From Okamejei kenojei (lineage: Eukaryota), in contig CM069147.1 of the NCBI GenBank assembly GCA_035221665.1, positions 25,544,001 to 25,608,000 of the forward strand: DNA of 64,000 nucleotides, given 5' to 3'. The position numbers and the translations under genes were made by a program. Positions 1-12,249 of this stretch are shown piece after piece (positions within the stretch are counted from its first letter, which is position 1; the number at the start of each line of letters is the position of its first letter). The notes beneath the pieces were generated by a model that was not told the origin of the DNA, did not search any database, and worked only from the letters and a program-made list of their open reading frames with translations.

Positions 1-3000
1 CTCATTCTGCAGTTGGAACATTAGGGGTGTTAATTAACGCATTAAAAGGGGAACGATTTTAGCTCAGCTGAAAGCATACAACACAGATATTGTCTTCCTA
101 CAAAATAAGCATCTTAAACTTCAAGATCAAGCTAGATTGAGGGTGAGCTGGATAGGGCAAACTTTTCACTCATCATATACGTCAAAATCTAGAGGCACGT
201 CTATTATTATTCGCAAAGGCATACCATTTAAACCAAAAACTACCTTAACAGATAAGGACAGGAGATATTTGGTAGTTACCGACCGGTGAGATCCATGCTA
301 CCCCAATTACCTTGGTAAATATATATGCACCCAACTTTGACAATCCGCATTTTTTCAATAAAATCTTGAATATAATCGCAGAATATAATTACCAGAATGT
401 TATAATTGTGGAGACTTTAATTGTGTTTTAGACCCTTACTTAGATAAATCTAGTCAAAAACAGAGAGGTAATACGAAATATAAAACTAGCGAACTTTTAA
501 ACACATATATAAAAAATACAAATATAACAGATGTCTGGAGGATTGCAAATCTGACGGGCAGGGAATACTCGTTCTATTCAATGGCACACAAGACATATTC
601 ACATATAGATTATTTTCTGGTGGATGCAAAATTAATTTGGTACACTTCTAAACCAAAATACCATACAAATACGATTTCAGATCACTCCCCACCATCTTTA
701 TTTTTTAAAATGGAAGGAATGTCTAAGAATAAACCGTTTTGGAGGTACAACCCTCAAATTTTAAAAGACCCGCAGGGGAGTATATATTTAAAACGGCAAA
801 TGGATCTTTTTTTCGAAATAAATGACACGCCAGACATATCACCCACATTATTATGGAAATCTTTTAAAGCATTTATTAGAGGTGTTATAATTTCATACCA
901 AGCTTTTCAAAATAAAAAAAATAAGAACGAACAAAGACAGTTAGAAGAACAAATTAGACAATTGGACATAGACAATGCTAAAGACCCAACTACGGATAAA
1001 CATAATAAAATATCAATACTGAAATCTAAATTAAATAAATTATTATCAGCGATAGTTATAAGATTATTTGAAATTACTAGACAGGAACATTTTTGAATTT
1101 GGGAATAAGCCCCATAAATTTTGGCACGTCACTTAAAAAAACGAGAAAAAGAACACACGATTTCAAAGATCAAATCTGACAGAGGGGAAGTATTAACTTT
1201 ACCGAATGATATTAATAAAAGATTTGTGCAATTTTATGAGAATTTGTATACATCTAAAATGACAACATATACTAATAAAGTTACAGAGTTCTTGGATAAC
1301 TGTAATCTTCCCAAACTAGAGCTGCAGGAACAAGAGGAATTGTGAGCACAAATCTCAAATAAGGAAATATAAGAAACAATAATCTCATTAAAAAATGGAA
1401 AAACACAAGGTCCTGACGAATTTAGTAATGAATTCTATAAAAGTTTTTAAGACATATTCACGCCACGCCTACAGAAAATGTATACATATGCCTTTAAAGT
1501 ACAAATACTACCTGAAACACTAGCAGATCAACGATCATATTAATACTTAAGAAAGATAAAGATGTGGAAGAACCCGGATCATATAGAGCTATTGCTTTGT
1601 TAAACACAGATCAAAAAATATTAGCGGAAATATTAGCTAGAAGATTAAGTAAGTATACTGGTCAATTAATACATCCAGATCAAACGGGGTTTATCCCTAA
1701 GAAACAATCATTTAATAATTTGTGACGTCTGCTCAACACAATGCATTCACACCAAATTGAAGATCAAAAACTAACAATTATGTTGTTGGATGCAGAGAAA
1801 GCATTCGATCAGGTTGAATGGGATTATATGGTTAAGGTATTGCAAAAATTTCAACTGGGAGAAAATTTCATTCTATGGATTAAATTATTATATAATAAGC
1901 CAATGGCCAGAATATTAACCAATAATATTTTATCTATGAAATTTCAATTGTCAAGTGGTAATAGACAAGGATGTTCATTATCACCGCTGTTATTTCCTCT
2001 TATAATTGAACCCCTAGCGGAGAGATTTAGAACTCATCCGAATATCCATGGTTATTAAAAAAATATTAAAACAACAAAATATCATTATACGCTGATGATG
2101 TACTATTGTACATCACAAAACCTCATATCAATATACCAAATATATTACAATTAATCGAGGATTTCGGATCATTTTCAGGTATACAGAATAAATTGGAATA
2201 AAAGTGAAATCATGTCAATAAAACCGAAAGATTCCACACATCTCTTACAGTTTCCTTTTAAAATAGCTATGGAAAAATTTAAATATTTGGGTATTGAAAT
2301 CACTAGAAGATATTAAGACATGTTTAATGCAAATTATAACCCTTTACTTGAGAAATTATATAATTTAATTAAATTTTGGAAAACGCTTCCGATGTCCCTA
2401 ATAGGCTGAATAAATGCTATAAAAATGATTTTTCTACCACAAATGCTACACCTGTTCCAATCAATTCCAATTTACCTCCCCGAAAAGCTTTTCAAAAAAA
2501 CTGGATTCAGATATTACAAATTTTATATGGGATTATAAATCCCACAGAATACAAAGATCACATTTGAATAAACCCAAAGCAGTAGGGGGATTAGCACTCC
2601 CTAATTTCATGTATTACTATTGGTCTGTAAATATTAGAAATATAATTCAATTGCTGAATAATTGTCCCCAGCAACTGGATTGGATTACTATGGAGAAAGA
2701 GGACTGCTCCCCTTGTAATATTAGAGCGATCCTTCTTTCACCAATGAAGTTGAATAATACAATTTATAACAAAAATCCAATTAAACATAGTACAATTAGA
2801 ATTTGGAAACAAATAAAATACAGCTTAAAATGAAGAAATTTATCTCTCCTATATCCCATATTTAAAAACCTTTCGTTTAAACCCTCAATTATAGATAAAG
2901 CAGTTATACAATGGGAATGAGCAGGAATCAAAACCTTGGGAGATTTGTATGAAACGGGAAAATTATTATCATTTAAACAATTACAACTAAAGTATAATTT

Positions 3001-3133
3001 GGGAAACAATCAGTATTTTTTAATATTTCCAAGTATGTGACTATCTGAAAAAGTATGCACAAGAATATCACAGTATGCCATCAGATCTACTGGATGAAGC
3101 AATGAATACAAAGGCTGAATTAGAAAACCTAAT

Positions 3134-3211
<78 letters not shown>

Positions 3212-4205
3212 TTCTAAATGCAGAAATACCAACAACTGCGGGCATTACAAGAGACTGGGAAAAATAATTAAGTATAAAAATTTCCAAAGAAAGGTGGGAA
3301 GAACATTTATTAAATGTGCATAAAAGTTCAATTAACGTATACACACTTTAATACAATTTAAAGTCTTACAAAGATTACACTATTCAAAAACTAAAATAAG
3401 TAAACTTTTTCCCAACGTCTCACTTATTTGTGATAAATGTCTGTCAAGAGCTACTATAGCACACACGTTTGTCTTTTGTACAAAAAATCAAACATTTTGG
3501 ACTGAAATTTTTCAAATCTTCACAAAATTATTTAAAATAAAACTGACTCCAAAGGCAGATTGGAATATCTTTGGAGCAACGGAAGGTATCCCTGAATTAA
3601 ATGTGTTTCAAAAGACTCTATTTGAATGTGGCTTAATAGCAGCAAAAATCATAAGATTCTGGAAAAATGCTCCCATACCAACTGTAAATATGTGGATTTC
3701 AACAATGTTTGAAACACTATATCTGGAAGATATGAGACTCCGCCTGGCAGGAAAATCAGATAGTTTCTATAAGACGTGGTCGTCATTTATAGATCTACTA
3801 CAAGGATAAGGTGCAAGAGTACCTCAAAATGGTACCGACATCGGGTCTTGGTAAAGGGGGACGAAAAACTGTCGAGTTGGTAGATTCCTTTTGCGTGATG
3901 TTTCTAATAAAGTAACTGGCTTTTCATTTTTTCTTCTCTCTCTCTCTTTTTTTTCTAGGGTCTATCTCTTAATCTCCTTTCTCTAACTCTTTGACCAAGG
4001 GCTATTTTTTTCCCCTTTTCTTTTGGCACGCTTCTTCACTTTCACAACTCTTTTTCACTTTATCTACTTTATCTGTTTACTATTCCTTTTTTTTCTAAAA
4101 GCCTTAAAAAATTAAGGGGTACAATGATTTTAATAATATATATGGGATGTACACTGATGTAATTTACTGTACCTCTAATAAATAAAAATATAAAAATTAA
4201 AAAAA
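1..4205 (+). mobile_element. L1-clade LINE, ORF2 pseudogene (APE endonuclease, RT, C-terminal Cys domain) with 3' UTR and A-rich tail; 5' part lies outside the window
   Basis: Begins with FCSWNIRG (APE start). Fragments contain IDYFLV/SDH (581-1096), LDAEKAFDQVEW and GNRQGCSLSPLLF (1741-2058), YADD at about 2088, and GGLALPNF. AATAAA and an A-rich end at about 4177-4205. Many stops and frameshifts. Confidence 0.93.
3138..3204. repeat. (TA)n microsatellite inside L1 ORF2
   Basis: Direct reading of an uninterrupted TA run. Confidence 0.95.
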
Positions 4206-4952
4206 CATAATCCTCCGACATTTTCGACACCTCCAATGGAATTCCACCACTGGCCACATATTCGTATCTCCTCCCCTTTTGGCTTTCCGCAGAGTCCACT
4301 CCCTCCGTAACGTCCTGGTCAATTTGTCCTTTTCCACCGAAAACTCCCTGGTACTCTCCCTTGCAACTGCAGGAAATGCTACTCTTGTTGCTTTACCTCC
4401 CCCCTCAACTCAATTCAAGGACCAAAGCCGTCTTTCCAGGTGAGGCAGAGGTCCGCCTGCACCTCCTCCAATTTCATCTCTTGTATCCGCTGTTCCAGGT
4501 GTCAACTGCTTTACATCGGTGAGACCAATCGTAGGCTTCGTGACCCCTTCGCCCAGCACATCCACTCAGTTCGCATTAACCAACCTGATCAGCACTGCAA
4601 CTACCCCTCCCATTCCGAATCCAACCTTTCTGTCCTGGGCCTCCTCCATGGCCAGAGTGAGTCCCACCGCAAATTGGAGGAGCAGCATTTCATATTTCAC
4701 TTGGGTACTTTACTCCCCAGCGGTATGAACATTGACTTCTCCAATTTCAGTCAGTCCTTCCTTTCTCCATCCCTCCCCTCCCCTTCCCAGCTCTCCCACA
4801 GCCTACTGTATCCGGCTCTACCTTTCTTCTTCCTGCCCCCCCCCCACCTCCACATCAATTTGAAGAAGGGTCTCGTCCTGAAACGTCACCTATTCCTTCG
4901 CTGCGTAGATGCTGCCTCAACCGTTGAGTTTTTCCAGCATTTTTCTCTACCT
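4206..4952 (+). mobile_element. Penelope-like element remnant (GIY-YIG endonuclease end plus terminal repeat with degenerate hammerhead motif)
   Basis: ORF 4440-5171 contains CIRCSRCQLLYIGETNRRLRDPFAQH (GIY-YIG-type YIGET..R motif). Hammerhead-like motif ttgaagaagggtctcgtcctgaaacgtcacc at about 4860-4890. Confidence 0.85.
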
Positions 4953-5114
4953 GTGATTTATGTTGTTGATATACGCCACAGCCGAAATTATGCTCATCCT
5001 GAACGTTCCCATAACCATGTAATTATGAGGTCGTCGGCCAGTATTGTACAAAATAGATATGCCTGTGTAGTTGTTTTCCGGATCAAAAATACATGTTCTG
5101 CCTTACATTTGCAG

Positions 5115-5419
5115 ATCCACCAGCTCAGCTCAGAATATCCAAACTGCCTGATCAAAACTCCACCTCATTGAATCTCTCGTGTAAAGCGGATGAATTTTAC
5201 CCAGAGTCACTTAACCTTACTTGGTACCGAAATGCTATTGAGATTTTCGTGGACATCGATACAACGGTAAACCGGCTATGAATGGATTATATGAAGTTTC
5301 CAGTCATTTAAAGGAAACAAGGGCACTCCAGGACTGGTCAGACTATACTTGCCAAGTGGCGCACCGCACTCTTCCTACTCCACTGACTGCAACGTATCAT
5401 GTTCCGGATTCGAAAACAG
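5115..5419 (+). pseudogene. Frameshifted Ig C1-set domain exon, paralogue of the C1 exon at 22903-23208
   Basis: Acceptor tttgcag|AT and donor ACAG|gtaacg, both phase 1. Translation DPPAQLRI..LSCKADEFYPESLNLTWYRN.. then frameshift near 5275 to NGLYEVSSHL..DYTCQVAHRTL. Length is 305 nt against 306 nt for the intact paralogue. Confidence 0.9.
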
Positions 5420-5599
5420 GTAACGTAGAAAACATTAGAAGGTTCGATTGTAGCGGATTCAGATCGTCCTGTTTGGAGAGCGAAGTGGCTTCTATGGGGA
5501 GGATGGTTGCTCAATTGCAAAGTATTGTAATTCTATCTTGCTTACTGCCTTAATTCTATTGTTAAAATTAACAGCGTGGATATCAGATTGTACTAAATT

Positions 5600-6310
5600 G
5601 TAGTTGGAGCAGATAAAGCCCTTAACCGACTTGGATATTTAAGTGCAATAGGTATCAGGAGAGATGTGCACGTGCAGTGTTTATCCTGCGTTTTGTGGGA
5701 GACCAGCAACGAGTCCAATGTCTTTCACGGCCATTCCTTCAGAAAATGCTCTAAACGTCAGCTCCTGACTAACGTTCTTGCGCATCTGGTATTTAGGATG
5801 GATTTGCTGTGTAGCATCTGCGGTGCTTACGATGCTATGGATAGCGTGTTTCGTCGTGTGACCATTGGGCACTAAATGTATTTTTTCGAAAGCGATCAAT
5901 ATTGATTGATAGCTTTCGAAAAAAAAGCGTTTGGTGCCCAATGGCGGCCAAAGTAGTAGCACAATTGGGAAGTGCGGATGTGCATTGACTTTGGATAATC
6001 AAAGTTTAAGGAGCAAGACCCATGTAGTTGTTTAATCGAGGGTTCTTCCATTACCACTTGCGAATGAATAAAGGAATAGGAGGATAGATCAGGAGAATAC
6101 TTGGCTAAAGATATAGTTGAAAAGGGAAATCTTAAGGGAGATTTTAAGTGCTTTGCGAGTGGTGGTGTTGGAGGTACATGGAAGTACAGGCAATAGAGGA
6201 ATATGGATCATGCACAGGGAGATGTGTTCGGTTTGACGGCATCTTTAGCACAAATATTGTGGCACGAAGGGCCCGTTCCTGTGCTGTACTATTCTATGTT
6301 CTATGCTCTA
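5600..6310 (+). mobile_element. Highly degenerate CR1 LINE fragments (ORF1 N-terminal Cys region and 3' tail)
   Basis: VQCLSCVLWE..CSKRQLL resembles the CR1 ORF1 zinc-finger start. Tail gaagggcccgttcctgtgctgtactattctatgttctatg at about 6267-6304. Confidence 0.5.
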
Positions 6311-7430
6311 TAGAATAACATTCACTTTGATGATAAACTACAAATGTATTAGCCCTATTATCAAATGTGTTATTGGGTGTTTGCATCACAGATGTAGGCA
6401 AATTGGAATGATTTAAGATAAATACTATGTTAGTAGTTGGAGAGTTTAAGTAGGGCATTATTCATTCGAATTTTTTTTGTGATAAAGACAAATTGTGTCT
6501 AGAAAAAAACATTCTGGGCTAGAATATACGTAATCCAACTGTGACGGTGCTGCGCTGAATCTTAGGGCAATTTAAGGTAATTATTAGGTCCAGTGGTTGG
6601 GACAACATTTTCGATAGCGTCCATTACTTTAGGTTTCAGGTTAGTCATGGATCGGGATTACAATCGCCTGGAAATTAAGATCGTGAATAGGGAAGGCGGC
6701 AACATTATTTTAATATATTACCTGTCAAATTGAAACTGTATTTACGGTTAGGCCTACAGGGCTGAATCCTGTACATATGAAACACCGATAGTTGATGGCC
6801 AACGTGTTTATTTAAGGGAGGAAGGAAATGGCAACGTGCAGGGGTATCATACTGCTTGGTGAAGTGGAGAGTTAGATAAAGGGGAAAAGCAAGCACATGA
6901 AATCAGGCGGGGCAGTTTTTTTTAAATTTCGTTGAACTATTTTTCTTTATTATGTTATCTAAGAGGCTTAAGTTTACAGACGTATTACTTTGCTGTATAC
7001 ATTGGTGCGTCCTTTTCGCTACATATGACAATTCAACGTGCTTGACTCTATTGACCCTTGTTGAAGAATAATTGCTCCGTTAGAATTTAGGATCGCACAG
7101 CTCTTTCGATATACCTTCGGTAAATCAACATCAATGCATGCTGCATTCAATAATCCCTTTTATAATTTGAGATTGGGGTCTGTCTACTGAATGGGGCTTA
7201 AACTTCAGTGTCACTGATCTCTATGGCAATCAACGCTCATCATTTAGTTGTCAGCCTCCGAATATACATTTGCCCGATAACGTACAACGTATCTTTCTTT
7301 ACCCCTTGATTGTCTGAAGAAGCACAAAGTGTTTCCTTGACATGTTTTATTTGAAGAATGTTGACCTCTATCACTGGTTTTGAAGGAATTGCACGTTCAT
7401 TAATTCCCTTTCGTTTTATTAATTATATTA

Positions 7431-8700
7431 TCTATATAATTAAAAGTCTCATCTTGACCACTTCCTGTTTGCACTCCATATTGATTTTAGAAAAAACACT
7501 ACCACTTACGACTGTGATCTTTGGCCATCTTACTCAGAGTCCCCTTCTGCTGCGCAGGACAAGATGATTTTTCCCATCGATGAAAACTAAAAGAATCATT
7601 CGTGTTTTAAATATGTTGAAATGCTCTCTCCTGTCAATCACCCCATGAAGGCCACGCCCCTTCCGGTGGGAGGGGGAGGACTATAAAACCCGGAAGTGTG
7701 GGCGTGGCTCAGTCTCTGCAAGATGTGGGAGGGAGACGTCGCCTTGGTGGACTTGCACCATGCTTGAAATGGTAGGAAACTGCTTTTGAATTTGGTGGCC
7801 TTGCACCCTGCTTGAAACGGTATGAAACTGCTTTTGAATTTGGTGGCCTTCCTCCCTGCTTGAAATGGTAGGAAACTGCATTTGAATTTGGTGGCCTTGC
7901 ACCCTGCTTGAAATGGTAGGAAATCTCATTTGAATTTGGTGGCCTGCACTCTACTTGAAATGGAATTTCAAGAAATAGCCACACCAGCCGTGAGTGAGAG
8001 AGCTGCCAGCACAGTAGGATTGAGTGACTGAGCTGCCAGCCCAATAATCCATGCGGTCCACAATGTCCATACTAGCCCTCTGGAAACAAGTCCCTTCAGC
8101 CACAACACCTATACTAGCGCTCCAGAAAGGCCCAGAAAGACTAATTTAGACAGCATTCGCACAGATTATCCGAATTTGGACTACTACAAATGTGATGATC
8201 TACAGGACATTCTTAATTTGAAAGCAGTGGGCAGAAAGGCATGTCATGCGTGGTTTGAAGAGCAAAAACCTGTAGGTTACAATGCCAAATTTGAAAAGTT
8301 GAGGAAAAACACGGTGTACAGAATTGCTTATTGGTTGCTATCTGAGGAGTATGATGATGCTACTGATTATGATATGCCAATGTACCAGCTAGCAACTGAT
8401 CTGCTCCATAAAAACTTGATATTTTGCTAGAAATTGTAATTTATGTACCTGTCGGTTACGGACTTACAGCATATAAAACAATAATATTAAAGTTCTGATC
8501 TTGAGAATATCACATTTTTGAATTTTCAAGGAAGTCTGGGTGTTTATTATTATTTCCATCACAATGGAAATTTTGTAATTAGCTACAATTAGGTAACTAA
8601 CTAATTATATGCTTTAATTTCAGGCCATCCAAGTAAGATGTTTCATATTTGTTTCAGAATGCTTCAATCTATAATAACTGAAATTTTCATTCAGTTCTCT
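7431..8700 (+). mobile_element. Non-autonomous Helitron-like element, 3' end apparently lost
   Basis: A|TCTATATAATTAAAAGTCTCATCTTG 5' end (TC after A), similar to the 5' end of the element at 10052. Contains an internal 48-bp tandem repeat and a coding-like fragment at 8176-8430. Confidence 0.55.
7746..7965. repeat. Minisatellite, about 4.5 copies of a 48-bp unit
   Basis: Unit ggtggccttgcaccctgcttgaaa(t/c)ggta(g/t)gaaactgcttttgaattt repeated head to tail with no unique spacers. Confidence 0.9.
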
Positions 8701-8704
8701 TAAA

Positions 8705-9062
8705 CTCTCTCTAACTTCTACTGGTGCACAGTAGAGAGGATGCTGAGTGGTTGCATCGTGGCTTGGCTCGGCAACTTGAGCGCCCAGGAGTGGAAAAGAC
8801 TACAAAAAGTAGTAAAAAATGCCCAATCCATCATCAGCTCTGACCTCCCAGCCATCGAGGGGATCTATCGCAGTCGCTTCCTCAAAAAGGCTGGCAGCAT
8901 CATCAAGGACCCGCACCATCCTGGCCACACAGTCATCTCCCCGCCACCTTCTGGTAGAAGGTACAGGAGCCTGAAGATTGCAACGTCCAGATTCTGGAAC
9001 AGCTACGTCCCCATGCCATCAGGCTATTAAACTCAACTCAAACAAAACTCTGAACATTAATA
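8705..9062 (+). mobile_element. Rex1/Babar-type LINE 3' fragment
   Basis: FYWCTVERMLSGCIVAWLGN..LQKVVKNAQSII..IIKDPHHPGH..PSGRRYRS..SRFWNSY matches the typical Rex1/Babar C-terminus. Confidence 0.8.
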
Positions 9063-9066
9063 GACC

Positions 9067-9587
9067 TGCAGGAAGGGGATGATTTGCCCAGCTGTTTCTT
9101 GGTCGAGCGCGCCGACCACATAATGGTAGCGGGTCTCATCGTTTGTTATCCCGTGGACGAAGAATTGGGATTCGGCCTGCTGGAACCATACCTGTGGCTG
9201 GGTGGTCCAGAAGTTTGGCAGCTTCAGGGTGACGGCGCTGAATTAAGCTTGGTCATCGGCGGCGGCGGCGAAGGGTTAGGTTTTGGCAGGGCGCATTTTT
9301 CTTCCAGAATATCTATTCTGGACGTCGAGGTCACCAAATGTAGCAGACGTGGAGTTGTCCGTTAAAGAACGAGGCAGACACGAAGTTTATCCGAAATAAT
9401 GGTTCTTTATTACTGCACTAATTCTCCTCACTCACCAACCATGTGAGGGTGCGATTAACCCTTAAATAACCTCCCAGGGGCATCCGTGACCAAACCGTGA
9501 CCCCCATTTCTCATCACCAGGACACGCGAACCCCCAAAGAGGCGAAGGTTATGCACAGTGCGTGGCCCATCACCCAGTGCCGCCACA
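9067..9587 (-). mobile_element. Truncated Ty3/Gypsy retrotransposon: 5' LTR (9339-9587), tRNA-Trp-like PBS and start of gag
   Basis: On the minus strand the LTR runs TGTGGCGG...CTGCTACA and contains AATAAA. It is followed by TT-TGGTGACCTCGACG (PBS), then AVTLKLPNFWTTQPQVWFQQAESQF..ETRYHYVVGALDQETA (CsRn1-like gag N-terminus). Confidence 0.85.
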
Positions 9588-10051
9588 CTATGCCTTTAGT
9601 CTTACCAAAATACACGTCTCTGCACTTTGCTATGGAATTCCATCTGCCACTTCTCAGCCTACTCTCTCAACCTACCCAAGTCTTTCTGCAGAGTCCCTGC
9701 TTTCTCTACACTATCTACCCCTACACCTATCTTCATAAGTTCCTATGTTTCAACTGTTGTGATGTGGGTCAGAATGACAGTATACCATCTAACTTCCATC
9801 ATATGACTTGAAAATTATTGGAGATTTGGTTGATATGGGGAATGTTTCCCATCTTGCGGGGAATGTGTCCTTATTTTTTTCTTTTATGTTAACTGCTTAA
9901 CCCTTTCACCGTATGTCCTTACTGGATTAAGAGTGAACCTGGCCAATTCATTCATATGGGTAATATTTCCAAGTCATTGGACTTGTGACATCCATAGTAC
10001 ATGAGTTAACTATTGTAGTACTAATACTTGTAGTGTTGTATGCCTTGTTGA

Positions 10052-11062
10052 TCTATATATATATAACTAAAACTCATCTTGTTATCTGCAGGTTGGCATT
10101 GTTTTTCTATTCACGCAAAAACTGTTTTTCCCCATCTTACCCACCATTGTCCTGTGCTGTAAATGCAATACGTTTTGTTCAGATCGATGGCATATTTAAA
10201 AACTCATTGTTTAAAAACAGTTAAAAACCACGCATGCGTCTTTAGGGAACAGTTCCCTTTTGCATCTTTACTGGCGGCGCAAATGGCATGCAACCGATCC
10301 TCAGTTGTGCCTTTCCAGAATTGAGATGGCAGCGGCGGCGACGACGATGACGACGACGAGCCACGCCGACGATCTGGGGAATGGGCGCTGAGGCTGACGG
10401 CAGCAGCGGCCGGCTCCGTGGACGGGGAGAGGCCGTGCGACGATCCGGGGCCTGAACGCTGAGTCTGGCGGCGGCGGCCGGCTCTGGGGGCGAGCTGAGG
10501 CTGCGCCGAGGATCCGAAGCCTGGGCGCTGAGCCTGGCGGCAGCGGCGCTACTGCTTCCGGGCACACAAGGAGAGAAAGGAGCGGAAGTTGATCATCGGG
10601 AGTTAAGGAGGCAGGGTGGAGGGATTGAGGGAAGGGTGGGGGGGTGCGGGAGGTGAGGATGGAAAGTGGGGGAGTCGGGGAATAGAGAGAGAGGAGGGTG
10701 GAGTGGGGGATGTAGGGAGTAGGGAATAGAGGGAGGGGAGGGCAGTGGGGTGTAGGGGAGGAGAGGTGGGAGATAGTGGGATGGGAGAGGAGTTATGGAG
10801 GGAGCGAGGGAGGGAGTGACTTTGGGTAGGGGAAAGGAGAGGTGAGGGAGGGATTGGGAAGGAGAGGGGAATGAGAGAGAGGGTGAAGAGAAGGGAGAGT
10901 GCTGTGCACCGAGCGGAAACGAGCCGCGCCTGCGCAGTTGGCTGCATAGGGTGAGTGGTGGAATATTGTGTGGGGGAATGGGTTGCATTGGGGGAATGGG
11001 TGAGTGGTAGAATATTGCGTTGGGGAGCAGACCCAACAGGTCTGCATTAAGTATTTTACTAA
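10052..11062 (+). mobile_element. Non-autonomous Helitron-like element, both termini present
   Basis: 5' A|TCTATATATAT..AACTAAAACTCATCTTG. 3' hairpin GCAGACC-caaca-GGTCTGC (11027-11045), then CTAA|T at 11059-11063. This fits the A|T target, TC...CTRR ends and absence of a TSD. Interior is GC- and purine-rich. Confidence 0.65.
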
Positions 11063-12249
11063 TTAAATGTGGATGTGAGGAACAATGGGGATCCGGCTTG
11101 GGGGGGGGGGGGGACCGCCGTGAAGAACAATGGGGGCCCGGCGTGGGGGGACAGCTGTGCGGGACGGCAGGAGAGCAAATGGGGACACGGTGTAGGGAGG
11201 GGAGCACTCTACTTTGGAATCCTCTGGCCAGGGGATGTGTGTTTGTTTGTTTGATCCAGTGAAGGCGCTGTGCACATGGCAGCCAGCCAACAGTCGCTCA
11301 TCTTTTTCTTTTTCTTTTCACTTATAATTTCAAATTTTGGTGTACCTTGTGTGTTGTGACCGTCGGCAGACCAATTTCCCTCCGGGGATGAATAAAGTTT
11401 TATCGTTTCGTATTGTATCGAATCGAATCTAACCTGTGAGCCCTGGAATTACGTTATGGTACATACTGAGAGATCGTGGCTGAACAGTCACTGTGTCCCA
11501 GCGATCAAATACTGACCCTGTAATAGTGGGATCATTAAAGTTTCCAGTGGACGCGATATTTACTTCACTAGTGATACAAGGCCTCAAACGGCGGGCTGTA
11601 AGGAAAGTGTCAGGATATGACCTATTGGGTGGAAAGTGATAAAGGGATAGCATGCAAAATAAAGAGCTACTAAAGAACGGCTATGGAACTACTGCGGATT
11701 TCAGATAAAAGATTCAGTAGTAACGTTGATTGAGCATTCTGTAGTAACCTTATATAATTACCACAGTTAGCAGACAGGTGTATGTTGATGTATTTTACTG
11801 TCAATTGTTAACCGTGAAATGTTGCTGATAAAGAAAAAAGGATAACACAGCCTTGAGGGGCGCTCATTAGTTGGGACTTCGCCCAGGGACTGTGTCGCTA
11901 CCAGTGCCAAGGAAAAACTGCCAGCCTTGCTTGTGGGCGGATTCGCCTGCCACTGACTGGGTATCCACTAGGCTTTGTTGGAGAACCAGGATGATGAAAA
12001 TGAAGTACCACCAGCATTAAGCTATCCAGAAAACATGTGAAGAATCAGGGAACCGAACTGCGTGTTTATGTTTTGGCGAAACGATTACATGTAACAATAA
12101 TTTAGTAAGACCCGGTGTAAGGAATTGGATGCAGACACGATTAGAAGGACACAGTGCAGCTTTCTAAAGAACTGCAATAATTGTTGATATGCCCATTGCA
12201 TATCCTATGGTGACAAAGCATCCAGACCAGTTTAAAATGTAGGAGGCAG

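Noticed and set aside
7746-7965. CRISPR-like array
   Set aside because: The units are head to tail with no unique spacers, there are no cas genes, and the context is eukaryotic. The same applies to 57902-57978.
9985-10224. Hydrophobic ORF as the TM exon of the upstream receptor pseudogene
   Set aside because: There is no good phase-1 acceptor and donor pair, and the ORF is a chimera across the Helitron-like junction at 10052.
10242-11290. Several Pro/Ala/Arg-rich ORFs
   Set aside because: They are artefacts of GC-rich and purine-rich low-complexity repeat sequence.
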